Shown here piece by piece: positions 11,210 to 24,100 of a stretch of DNA of 64,000 nt. How positions within the stretch are numbered: position 1 is the stretch's first letter; each line of letters begins with the position of its first letter. The translations under genes were made by a program, and so were the position numbers. Source of the stretch: Octopus vulgaris (lineage: Eukaryota); NCBI GenBank assembly GCA_951406725.2, contig OX597815.1, forward strand, positions 113,212,001 through 113,276,000, given 5' to 3'. Under the pieces are notes generated by a model that worked only from the letters and a program-made list of their open reading frames with translations, was not told the origin of the DNA and made no database searches.

Positions 11210-13767
11210 GATATAGTGCCTACCGGGGGTTTGTACTGTTTGTCAAGTCACAAGGACCCCAAACAGACAGTACTTTACACAAAATGCACGCAGTTCCAAG
11301 TAATGCTGAGTTTTGCAATATACCTAAATAGTATTACTAAAGTTTTCAGATTTTTTTCAGATTGCGTGGTATTCAGCCTAATGCTCCGATGACAATAGGG
11401 ATAACCTTTATGTTTAACTCTTATAGCTGCCACATCTTAGCGATCTCAATTCACAGGTCTCCATATTTATCAACCTATTATCAATAATATTAATATGCTA
11501 ACTTTTTGTTTTTGTACGTACCTGTTGTGTGCGTCACACTTACTTCAAAGAAGTGGCAAAGCAAGAGAGAGGAGGACAGAGAGGAAGTAAGAGAGAGAGA
11601 GAGAAAGTGAGAGTGAGAGAGAAAGAGAGTGAAAGAGACAATGAGTGGCAACGGCATTTGTTTTGTTTTTAAAAGTTTCAGAGAGGACGTAAGAGAAAGA
11701 AAGAGAGTGAGAGAAAGTGAGAGAGTGAAAGAGACATTGAGTGGTAACAGCATTCATTCTGTGTTTTAAAATGTTTATCACATAGCAAGAGCAGTAGATA
11801 CATAGATACATATACACATTGTTAAATCAAAAGCAGGACAGAAGAGGGACACAATGGAAGTGAAAGAGAAAGAGAGAGAGACAGTAGATACATAAATCCA
11901 AATAAAAGTTCTTACATAGATACATACACACAGCAAACACCAGATGTCAATTTCACTTTTCATTACCACACAAGGATAAAATTAACTCACAAATGGCCGA
12001 GTGCGCCACTGACATGTGTAACATTAATGCAGTTCTCAGGGAGATTCAGCCTCACACAGAATTGATAAGGCTGGCCCCTTTGAATTACAGCTACAATGCA
12101 AGACATATATATATGAATGCATTTGTGTGTATATGTGTGTGTGTGTGTATAGTATAGGTTAGTTAAAACATGCTTGCAATAATAAGTGTCACATGGTGAA
12201 AATAAACTCGATTATTAAACTTTCATTCATAAATCCATTTATTATTTCGTTCTTTTGCATTTCAATTTGTACATTTGTACCTAGAAATTTTCATCAACTG
12301 CACACCAGAAGAAATGGAAAAACAAGTAATTTTATCTCCTAAAAATCCTGACTGTCTTGCAATAAATGAAAAAGTTCTTAATATTATACCAGAGGCACTT
12401 AAAATGTACTTAAGCACAGATTCAGTGTCCTGCAATGATGAAGATGAGGTTCAGAACTATCCATTTGAATTCATAAACTCACTCCCTCCATTCGGTATGC
12501 CTCCTCATCACCTCAACTTAAAAGTAGGGGTTATTGTAATGCTGCTAAGAAATCTTTCGATCAGTCAAGGATTATGTAATGGAATTTTCATGAAAGTGCA
12601 AAGACTTCATTCACATTGTGTAGAGGCATCATTGGTAACGGGCTCCAACAGAGGTCGAAACAGTTCTAATTCCCAGAATTAAACTAAGCCTAAGTGATGC
12701 AAATATTCCATTCACACTAAACAGACTTCAGTTTCCACTTCAACTTGTATGTTCAATGACAATTAATAAGGCTCAAGGGCAAACATTTGAAAAAATGTTG
12801 GAATTCATTTGCCTCAACCAGTACTTTCTCATGGCCAATTATGTGTTGCATTTTCAAGAGCACAAGTTATGAACAATATCAAAGAGTTATGACACTCAAT
12901 TGGGAAAACAGACAAGTGACATACAAAATATTGTGTACCATGAAGTACTGTGAGGAAGACCACCGCACCAGCTAGCATCACCACCACACCAGCTACTCCA
13001 TCATTACACAACCACATTACACCTTTAAGATTGGAGAACCAGTTAGGGGCCCACTGGAGCTCTCTCGGCATACTAGCCAACCACAAAATTGCACCAGCCA
13101 ACATCACCACTACCTCCAAGCCCATCATATGTATGTATGTATGTATGTTTGTGTCTGTGTTTGTCCCACCACCACCATTGCTTGACAACCAATGTTGGTG
13201 CGTTTGCGTCCCTGTAATTTAGCTGTTCAGCAGAAGAGACTGATAGAATAACCACCAGGCTTACAGGGAATAAGACCAGGGGTCAATTTCTTCGACTAAA
13301 GGGTAGTGCTCCAGTATGGCCACCATTAAATGACTGAAACAAGTAAAAAAATAAAAGAATACCAAAATAACGTTCTGTACCACTAAACCAAGAAGGTTCT
13401 TTGAATATCTACGATGTATTTTAAGGTTAAATAGTAATTCCGTTTATGTTTGTGTAACAGATATTTTGGTTGGATTATATAGTCGTTGGTGTTACTTTAC
13501 TTTCTATATTCTGTAACAGTCACAATATACTTTTCAAGGCCTGAAATTTTTGTGAGGAGGGGGCCAGTTGATTAGATCGACCCCAGTACACAACTGGTAC
13601 TTAATTTATTGACCCCCAAAAGGAAAAAAGTAAAGTTGACCTCAGCAGAATTTGAACTCAGAATGACAGACAGTCATAATATGCAAACATTTCTCATGGC
13701 ACCAGTACACTGTTTACCGATGCTTACATTTTTTATGTTTCCATAAATTTTTCATGGGTCCAGCTAG
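11210..13767 (+). mobile_element. Decayed Helitron with nested SINEs and a 3' hairpin plus CTAG terminus
   Basis: Helicase remnant at 12275-12950; 3' end CCATAAATTTTTCATGG-GTCCAG-CTAG|T at 13741-13768; 5' boundary uncertain. Confidence 0.6.
12275..12950 (+). pseudogene. Helitron PIF1-like helicase C-terminal pseudogene
   Basis: ILSPKN, YPFEFINSL..GMPPHHLNLKVG..VMLLRNL...GLCNG, then after frameshifts LIPRI, RLQFP...MTINKAQGQTF and SHGQLCVAFSR. Confidence 0.92.
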
Positions 13768-13802
13768 TTATTACATTATTATTATTATTATTATTATTAT
13801 TA

Positions 13803-14012
13803 TGGTGGCAAGCTGGCAGAGTTGTTAGCTCACTGGATGAAATGCTTAGCGGTATTTCACCCGTTGCTACAATCTGAGTTCAAACACTGCCGAGGTCGAC
13901 TTTGCCTTTCATACTTTCAGGGTCAATAAAATAAGTACCAGTGAAATTCTGGAGTCAATGTAATTGACTAGTCCCATCCCCAAAACTTCAGGCCTTGTGC
14001 CGATAGTAGAAA
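13803..14012 (+). mobile_element. tRNA-derived SINE family C
   Basis: GAGTTCAAA B box and the shared core GAGGTCGACTTTGCCTTTCAT; many related copies in the window. Confidence 0.8.
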
Positions 14013-15223
14013 TTATTATTATTATTATTATTAGGTGGTTGATCACTAGAGTATCAGAGAAAATGTCTTGCTGTATTTATTTTAGCTCTTGACATTTTGA
14101 GTTCAAGTCCTGCTTTTTGAGATCAACTTTGCCTTTCATCCCTTTGATGTTGATAAAATAAAATATCAATCAAATACTGAGATCAATATAATTGACCGAT
14201 ATCTTCTCACCTAATTTGAGACCTAGTAACTATGTTAGAAACAATCATGATTATTATTATCATTATTATTATTTTAATTTATCTTCATATTCTGAATTCT
14301 GATTTTACCAAGGTCAACTTTGTCGTTCAAACTTTCAGGGTTGGTAAACTAAAAAACCGGTCAGGTACTGTAGTTAAAGCATTCGAGTGTGTCCTTCCAT
14401 CAAATTTCTGCCCTAACAATTACTATTACTAAAAATACTTTAGCACAAAAACTTTGGGATTTTTCTTGTACTGCATTCTAAGCAATAACATTCGATAATT
14501 TCCTTCAAGCCTTCCTTTGAAGTAAGATTTCATTCAGGGAAAAAAATATTTGACCAGATATTTTCCTTGGGGAAGAAAAGAAATAAAAGGATATTACAAA
14601 TAAGAGGAGTCAACAAACTTAAACTGATCAAGTATGTGAAGAAGCCTCTCTGAAGTCACTCACCCTCCAAGAAATAGCAGACAATTCTCCTTCAAATCAC
14701 ATCCTATCATCTTAAAAAAAAAGAGGAAGAACATGTTGAATAACATAATCCAAGAGAGTCACAGCTGCTGTTATACCTTTGACTTTGATTTTAGCTTTAT
14801 TGGATCCTAGCTAGTTAGGAGGAGAGTGCTAAACAACATCATCAACCAGTTGTGTATGAAGATTTAGAAAGATATATTTCTATACAAGGAGTGTATGTTT
14901 CTAGGCCAAGTTATCATAGCGAGGGCACTCACTGCTGCCAAGTGTACATCGTTTGTTTAAAAGTGGAAATTTTAAGTGCTTCAAGAGAAGAAATATCTAC
15001 AGCTTAACTCACTAGCCATAAAAGGGAGCCACTCTGTGAGTGATCACAAAGCTAGAATTAGCAATCAAATCTTCCTCAAATCAAACTTTAATACATGTGC
15101 ATGAACAGAAAATGCAGTGTCAAATCTTACCAAAAATAACAAAATCCTTTTTATTACACCCTGCCCTTTTAAAAAAACTGAAGGAGATATTGGATACACA
15201 GTATCTGAAATATAAACAAATGG

Positions 15224-15420
15224 GGCACGTAAAAAGCACCCACTACACTCACGGAGTGGTTGGCGTTAGGAAGGGCATCCAGCTGTAGAAACACTCCCAG
15301 ATCAGACTGGGCCTGGTGCAGCCTTCTGGCTTCCCAGACCCCAGTTGAACCATCCAACCCATGCTAGCATGGAAAGCGGACGTTAAATGATGATGATGAT
15401 GATGATGATGATAATGATGG
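15224..15420 (+). mobile_element. SINE family A, 3' part
   Basis: AGGAAGGGCATCCAGCTGTAGAAAC...CATGCTAGCATGGAAAGCGGACGTTAAA(TGA)n. Confidence 0.85.
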
Positions 15421-17299
15421 GATGGTGAGTGCAAGAATGGCAGATATTCTGCTGATCGAGCCCAGCATTGAAATTCAAAGAACTACTTGAAAGTTGTCTC
15501 TAGAAAGTAGATGTTCCTTTTCTTTATGAAACCCTAACATACCTCAATTACTTCATTGCTTGAACAGGGGAGCCACTACATGGTTGAGCAACATGCAAGA
15601 AACAATAACCAAATATCCACAAATCTCACTCTCCAGGCCTGCAAGAAGGACATATTCAATAGGGCCCTAGATACATTGTCTGAAAAATAAGACAGGATAG
15701 TCATGACTGGAACGTCTTAAAATCATAGAACTGGTCATTCAGAGCTCACAATATGAGTAAACAACAATGACAAGAACAACAACAGCAATTGCCTTACAAT
15801 TTCAGTGTTTCATATTCGAAATCTTTTGACAATTATGATTTCCCAACATAAAATACATTAACACGTTTATGTAGCAATGACTAAAGACAGACACATCTGG
15901 TTTATATTGACATAAAATATTTTCTTAAATTAAATTTATTGTTGGCTAGCCAAGGACTCAACTGCAAATACATGTTTACATTGAAACAAAGCGAAACGTG
16001 CAAATATAAAGAGTACATATAAAACAGGACAAAGAAAGTGTCCCTCCAGGTTCTCTCACATTTTCATCCTCATCATATTTAATATTTATTAAATGTAAAA
16101 AATATCATTTTTTTTTTCTATTGAAGACTATAAATTACCACCACGAAGAAACAAACAAAAATTACCGTTCAAAGGGAGACTACTCAAATTCCCTTATTTC
16201 AATTTGCGAGTGTGTGTTTTTTTTTTATTTGGTTTTATAGAGTTATTACCCTTGTTACGATTTACATTTTTTTTCTTTATTTTTCTTTTTTTTTTGTGAG
16301 TAGTTGTTTGTCATTTATTCGGCAGAAAAATATTTGCTGAGTTGATGAATACTTGATGGAATCGACTTCAGTTGTACTTCGTAGTTGTTTTATTGACACC
16401 TGGGAGGATGAAAAACAAAGTTGACCACAAGAGGATTTGAACATATAACAAAGGACAAAATTAAATATTGTTATGCATCTAGTTTTAGTCCATCACTGGA
16501 CATTGTAGATCATTGTCAATCAAAGTACCCCTTTTCTCAATAAATATTTATAAGTATTTACCACAACAAGCTACATTATATAGATAACCGTCGACTTATA
16601 GACCCAAGCTCTCATGAATAAAATACAAATATTTTTAAAAACCTGCAATCACACACACACATTTTCAAGGCTGTTGTTTATCAAGGGAGAAACCATTTGT
16701 GAAGAGAGAGTTGCTTGTTATAAGTGGGGTTTAAAATGGCAGAAAGTTACAAATAAATAATAAAGAAAAAATATTTGTGTGTGTATGAATTATGGATGGG
16801 GTATCTTGATTCATTCAGATTTGGGCTAGTGGTAGGGCAACATCAGTAAATTTGTCACTCACAATGACTTCATTTGTATTCTGGCTGACACAAAAAAAAA
16901 ACCTTTCTACTTTCAGTCCACAAAGCTTTACTGCATCTGCATACTGAAATATCCAGATCAGGTTACTATCTTAAAACACAATCGAATATCCTGTAAAATA
17001 ACACCTTACTACCATTGGAAAAAAAAAGGAAAGACATCAGATAATGCAGATCAGTGCTTCTGAAAGCTGTCAGTACTATGATATGGGTGGGAAGGACAGA
17101 TATTGAGGGTGAAGGGGACTACAGGGACTTATATGAAAGACAAAGAATAAGTACCTGAGTTTAAGGTCAAACCCACATGTTGGGTCAATAACTAAGAACA
17201 AGCAGTGATGCATCAAATATCTACTTATAGTTGGGTAGTGCTCTAGTTAGTCATCCATGGCAAGCTAGTGTTCAGAACTAAATTATTCTGGCCTGATAT

Positions 17300-18175
17300 T
17301 ACAAGATGGTATCAAAAATTTCCCGGACTAGTTATGTTTAATCAAAAATAGCTTATTTACCTAAGTTTTAGCATCATCTCCTTTGGAATAGTCACCTTGC
17401 TCAACAATACACCGGTCCCAGCATTTCTACCACTTTTGAAATCCAGCCGGGAAGTTGTTTTCTGTGAGCGAGTCGACGACCTTCGGCAATTCGCACTGGG
17501 TCTTGACAATGGTGTAAAAACGGTGACCTTTGAACTACATTTTCATCTTGGCAAAGAGACGGAAGTCCACAGGTGCTAACTCTGGCAAATAGGATGGGTG
17601 TTGAAGCAATACCAAATTGTCTTTGACAAGAAACTCACAAGTGGAGCGAGCTCGGTGATAGGGTACATTGTCGTCATGAAGAATCCAATACTTCATGCTC
17701 CACAAACCCGATCACTTTTGCCAAATATCAAACACTTCAAAACATCACATAGAATGCTCAATTGACAGTCTGGCCCTGGGAGATGAATTCTTGATACACA
17801 ATACATTTCCAGGACTGACACTCATGACAAGTCTTCCAAATCACTCACCGTCTTCTAGGTTAGTTCTTCCGCTTTAGAAGCAACTGTGCCACTCAAAACA
17901 TTGCACATAACCCATTGCCTTGTTGCTATAGCATGTTCAATGTCTCTGTAGCAGACTTCCAAAGTTTAGCATAAAATTTCATGTTGGCTCTTTGTTCGTG
18001 TCCATGACAAAATCATGAAAACGTAAATTTCACAACTTGCAAAGTAAACATAGCAATGTCACCTGGCACACTGCCTCATGAAGGTCACAGTTAGCTCTCA
18101 CTGCACACACAACCATGTGCTGCCATCGAGTTGGTGCTCTACAGAACTACTCCAGAAACTTTTTGATACCATGTA
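17300..18175 (-). mobile_element. Internally deleted mariner element
   Basis: Terminal inverted repeats TA-caagATGGTATCAAAAAtttcccggactagt / actactccagaaacTTTTTGATACCAT-gTA; the minus strand gives HPSYLPELAPVDFRLF and WDRCIVEQGDY (mariner C-terminus). Confidence 0.85.
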
Positions 18176-18409
18176 TATGTACATTAAAAATGGGGGAGAG
18201 GCATTGAATCAGAGAGGGTGTCAAAAAAAATCAGTAATAGAAAATATCTTCTCTCCCCTCTCTTTCTCTCTCTCTCTCTCTCTCACTCTCTTACTGAGGT
18301 AGCCATGTATCTCCTTTATGCAAGACACCTATTTCTGTCCCTCTATTCATACTCTAACCGCTCTATGAGGTAAATTATGTTTGGCATATGAACCAACAAG
18401 AGAGTTTTT

Positions 18410-18600
18410 ACATGATCACTCAACCTGCTAAAATTAGCAGCCAAATCTCCCTCAAATCACATTATACTATTATGAATTAGGGAAGGACACATTAGAAATG
18501 TTGTCCTACATACCTCTAAATAAGTGTGATGCTCACACTTGGAATAACTTTGATCACAGGACTGCTTGATCAGGGCTAACTTGGAACTAAACAGCCAACT
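18410..18600 (+). repeat. Old high-copy interspersed repeat (…gctagaaatagcagccaaatctccctcaaatcacac…), representative copy
   Basis: Diverged copies also near 2.1, 14.7, 15.6, 36.9, 40.8 (-), 41.2 (-), 42.3 (-) and 57.7 kb. Confidence 0.65.
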
Positions 18601-18941
18601 CTTGACTCACTACACTTTACAGAAGTTTTTCAGCAAAACTTTGTTGCACCTGCCTATCGTATTATGAAACTTCAATTTTTTTTTTTTGTTTCATTTTCAG
18701 TCATCATAAAATTTCACATCACATTTTATGCAAAGTACTGTTCACACTTACAAAAACATAGATTCCCCAGTATATCCCTTTCTAATAAATTAAGTATGGC
18801 CACTACCTTATCATTTAACTATAAAGATCCCTAACATTGGGTGGTAGGCTTACTCCATCACTTGGTTTAACACCATCACCTAGCTTTTGTGTGCCTTTAG
18901 TGAAGGCCATTCTTTTCAAAGGATATGGGCTAGGTCCGCAT

Positions 18942-19167
18942 TTAACCCTTTTGATATCAACCTACCTAAGTCCATCCCTAATTCTATGATATAAACTTTC
19001 TGTTTAAAAGGGATCCAATTTAAAACCCTTCGTCAAAATCCCACCTAAATTTTCATTCCAAATACCAGCTTAATAAAGGCAAAGTAATTATACTAATTCT
19101 TCAATGTTTTCAAAATTAATTGGAAAACAATATATTTCAGTGGAAATATGGTAACATAATAATTTAA
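18942..19167. mobile_element. piggyBac-type MITE
   Basis: TTAA-CCCTTTTGATATCA left end and a degenerate TGGTAACA...TTAA right end; non-coding. Confidence 0.45.
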
Positions 19168-19561
19168 GAAAACTTGTTCCTTTCCTTTCATCAATTTTAG
19201 GGCCACTGAAAAAGTAGTTATGAAGACTGCCCTTCCTCTTCTGATAACAGCTTTAAAAATTATACATTCAGCACTATGGTACAGATTATTTTTGCTTCCT
19301 TATTATTTTCGAGTTAAGTAGCTGTTATCTCCTAATTTTGAAAATTAGCTCATCTTTATGCGAAATTGCTAGTGAACTATCAGCCCTGAAGTATTATCCA
19401 TGTAACTATAAAAATAATATAATAAACAGATGTTTTTGAAACACAATCTACACTGGACACATCTGCCAAGCATTGAAAACTTTTCAATGTAACATTAATG
19501 TTTCCACACAAATATCTTTGCTTTAAAAAGATCTGTACAAAAATATATTATTTTGTATTAC

Positions 19562-19575
19562 TATATATATATATA

Positions 19576-19637
<62 letters not shown>

Positions 19638-19775
19638 TATATATATGGATATATATGGATATATATATGGATGCATATGCATATGTGTATTTATATACAT
19701 GCATACGTATATATATGCATATATATAAATATATGCATATATATATATATAAATGTGTGTGTGTGCATATATATA
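19562..19775. repeat. (TA)n/(TATGCA)-type microsatellite
   Basis: Directly visible; explains the spurious YIYI ORFs. Confidence 0.95.
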
Positions 19776-21142
19776 ACTGCTGACAGGAAGTGTATCCAGC
19801 TATAAAAATAATGTCAACATAATATCCACAACAACAAAAATTAGAGAAGAGTTCTGTTGTTGACTGTATTATCAGATGATAAAAAAAATAATGGCTAGAA
19901 GCTGTGCTGGAACAGACTTAGTCAACCCATGCCAGCATGAGAAAAATGGACATATCAGAACAACTATGGTAATGATGATGATTTATATATATTCACGTTA
20001 TCTGTCATTAAAAAATCAAGACAGTGTTGCATTATTATACTAACTTCCTCCAAATACTTGTCATTCATCCAGTCCTATCAGACGAACAGTTAAATAAGTT
20101 CATGTTAAATGATGGTATTAAATCATCAAATTACAGTTAATTTCACATGAGAGAAACATAATACAAACTCTAAGTAATGAAATGGAATTTTTCTTCAAAA
20201 GTTACATGTTTAATTGGAACTTTACAAAGTGACAAATATGCCAGATTTAAAATAATCACACACTATATCAGTTCTCTCTCTTTCCCTTTCTATCTCTCTC
20301 CTTCTCTCTATTTTCTTTGGAGTTCATTTTTTTTTCCTTTTCTCTTTTGCATTTTTAAAAATCCTAGTGTAAAAATCATGTCCACCAAAAATATCATACA
20401 TTTTATGTTTTGTTCTGACATGAATACGACTGAAGAATTTTCACAAAATTGTATTTACAAATTTTCCACTTCTTTTTTTTTTTTCTTAAGAACAGTACAT
20501 AAATATATACATTTTTAACATTTCCAACCAATTACCATAAATAGTTTGTTATTATTTTTTTAAAAAGACAAATATGGACATTTTTCAATACAGTTAGAGC
20601 ACTTGCTCGTCCAGCTGCATACCCTAGCTAACTATCAACTCAACTGTAGAATAGAAAAGTTGTGTCAGATGCTTTGCCTGTTGGCACAACTCAAAGGCTA
20701 CAAGGTTTGAACACAAAACTATGTAGTCTGTAGTCTAGTCCCTTATACTCATAGCTACATTTCATTTTCATATATATATATATATATAATGGGTGCTAAA
20801 ATGTTCCTGGCTTTGGGTAAAAAGAAATACAGGAGGATCAGTTAATTATGCTTTTATTCAACATATTCCCCTCTCAGATTCACACACTTATTGCAGTGAT
20901 CCTTCAGTTTTTCTAAGCCCTACGAAAGAACTCAGAAGGCTGGGCCTCCAACTAGGCCTTTTGCAAGACCCTTAAAGGAACTTTTCAGTACCCCTTCATA
21001 TATATATGTGTGTGCGTGTGTGATTTCCATTAAATTAGCTTAAACATGACATGAAAAAGATTTTTTTAAATATAAAAGGTTTGAAGCTTCTAACATTATT
21101 TTATATGGTAACAGAACCATAAAGATGAGTGAGGCTTAACAT

Positions 21143-24100
21143 TTAACTACAATGAACTCTAAGATGAACTTTGAGATTAGATGAAGCTCTAAAGGTTTTT
21201 GAACAGCATAGACAAAGGTAAGGCTTCTCACCTGTGTGTGTACGAACATGTCGAGTCAAATTGCTTGGGTTAGCAAAAGCTGCTTCACACAAGTGGCATT
21301 TGAAGGGCCTCTCACCTGTATGTGTACGTATATGTTTTATCAAATTACTGCGAATGGTGAACAGTTTTTGACAGTATTTACATACATAAGGAGGTAAGGA
21401 ACGTGCTTTTGTAATGTGGGTCCGTTTTGGGGGAGCGTTGCGAGTATATTTTCTGTCTTGGTGAGACTGACTCTTGCTGGATGTTGGAGATTCTTTGCTG
21501 CCATCTGCATAATCTGACAAAGAAAAGTCTACTAGATTTATTATATGGTCTTCCGATTTATTTGACCTTTTACGATGCCGGGAACTGTTAGGTTTTTTAT
21601 GTGTGTAAATGGGAGCATCAAGATTTTTAAGTTCTTCTTCAAGGTCTCCAAAGTAACATATTTCTTTTGATTGAAGATTCATATTTTCTGCAGTTGGCAC
21701 TTGATAATTCCCCTCAGTACTTTCATTTTGCTGCTCTAAATTCAAAATATTAGAAGCAACAATAGCAGACTCATCAGCTAACTGTTCGTTTATATTATCT
21801 AGTTCTTCTACATAGATAACAGTCTGTGTGTTAAGGTGCTTCTCATCATCATCGTCATCGTCGCCGCCATTGCCACCGTCATCATCATCATCATCATCAT
21901 TATTATTATTATCTGCATCATTGTCATCATCATCAGTTAATTCATTGACATTACTATGGCATTTCATATGCTGTTGAAAGCTCTGAAACAAAGAAAATTT
22001 CTGAGGACAAAATTTACAATTATATAAAGAAAGTTTGGAATGTGTTTTCATGTGTTCCTTCATGTTACTTGAACTTCCAAAAGCCTTTTTACATGATGGA
22101 CAACTATATGGTTTCTCTCCAGTATGAGTTCTAATGTGACGTGTCAGATTGCTTGGATTAGCAAAGCCAGCGCCACAATAGTGGCAACAGTGGGGGGTTT
22201 CTCCTGTATGAATTCGAATATGTTTTGTTAGCTGGCTTCGTATTGAGAATACTTTTGTACAATATGAACATTTATAAGGGCTTTTAACTTTCAAAATTGA
22301 ATTGTTGCTGCCACATGATTCTGAATCAAATCTATCTTCCTGGTTCTTTATTGTTGCAGGTTTGTTATGAACTTCAAGTGAGTGACGCCGTAGCTCATCA
22401 ACTGTAAAATATGTACCACACCCATATTCACATAAAAACAACTTCAACACTTGACTATCCCCCTTAGAGTTTTCTGTATTCTCTTCTAATGAATCTACAC
22501 GATTCATGTCTTCTTCTTCACCAAAATCAGCCTGTGTATCTTTCATTTCACAATGGGATTGTAAATGTGAAATAAGTTCTTTATAAGTACCAAATGTCTT
22601 GCATCCATATTTACAAATGTATAATTCTTCTGAACAGGATTTTTGTGATGATGAGTTTTGAAATGGAACAGTCTTATTACGATTGTTATTATTAGTATTA
22701 CTATTATTATGAAAGCTGTCTGCAAAATTCCTGTCAGCCATTCCAGATGGACCATCACTATAAGCATCCATAGATGTAATAATGCAATCAGAATTGGAAA
22801 TATCTGAATTGTCATTAACATTGGACAAATTCTTAGATCCCTTATCAGGATGGCAAGAAGAGTTTTCCTGCTCTTCCTCAAATTTTATGCTTTTCTCAGT
22901 GTCTTTTAATCCCTGGTGAAGAGTCAAAGACACTGATGACACATCTTCGGCAAGGTTTTCTCCATTAATCTGTCCATCTTTATATCTCACCTGTTTAATA
23001 TTTTCTATAGCTAAATTATTGTCACTGACAACAGTCAAAGGATTGAGTACGCTATGTATAATATTAGGGCTTTCCTTATTCTTCTCTGTTTCGGCTGAAG
23101 AACATTCTGTCGACTCTAAAGCACATGTGTTTACATTTAAACAATCATCTATAATCTCTTGCTCTGATTCAGAATAATCGTTTTCATATTTAATATTGGC
23201 ACTGAGTTCAGCAGTCTTGTCATGGAGCAGATCATTTTCTGTTACAACACTTACAGCACTCTGTTTCCTGCCATAAGAAGTTGGTATGTCAATGTCAGCT
23301 AAAAGGAGAGAATCGTCATTTCCTGATACTGCTGTGTGTCTCTTTATATGTTCTTTTAGACTGCTAGATGCAGCAAAATGTTGTGGACAAAAATTGCATA
23401 TGTAGGGTTTTTCACCTGTATGGATGCGTTCATGTCGAATAAGATTACTAGGATTAGCAAAAGGTCTGGAACAAAACCTACACATGAATGGCTTTTCTCC
23501 TGTGTGAGTGCGTACATGTTTCCGTAAATTACTAGACACTGTGAAGGCTTTCTCACAATAATTACACTTGTGAATTGCTTTCCTTTTACGAGGTGTAGAA
23601 GTTTCACTTGGAAACTGAGACCAGAAAGAACTTCGATTCTCAGCTTCATTGAGTTCAATGCTATTTGTTTTTGCTCTGCGCTTCTGTTTTTTGGCCCCAG
23701 TTCTTTTGCCTGCATAAGAAGAAACTGCATTTTCTGAGAAGAAAGAATAATGATCTAAGCTGTTTTTTGATAAATCATTGTGAGCTGCACTGATTTCAAC
23801 TTCATCAGAGAAAGCTATCTCTTTACTATTTTTAAACCCTAATACTTCTTCATTCTTGATAAAACTAGCTTGAGATGGTTGCAGTTCTTGATCAAGCAGA
23901 TATCTATTGATATGGTGAGAGCTTTCAGAAGGATCCGAGGCATTTTCTGGTATTTTTTTTGGTATTTTTTTATCTACAGATTTTGAAACTGGAGGTAGAA
24001 ATGCTTGAGAAGGTATGGAATGATCTTCAACAATACATTTGGATTTGGCAGAAGATTTAGAGTGAGTTAAAAGATGCAGTTTGAATTTACTAAAAATGGA

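Noticed and set aside
12275-12682. Host PIF1 helicase gene
   Set aside because: Frameshifted, intronless, lacks the N-terminal motifs and is followed by a Helitron-type hairpin-CTAG end
19498-19805. ORFs rich in YIYI, CVCV, THTH or single-residue runs here and at 5.6, 31.5, 57.8, 58.4, 59.7 and 60.6 kb
   Set aside because: Translations of microsatellites, not genes
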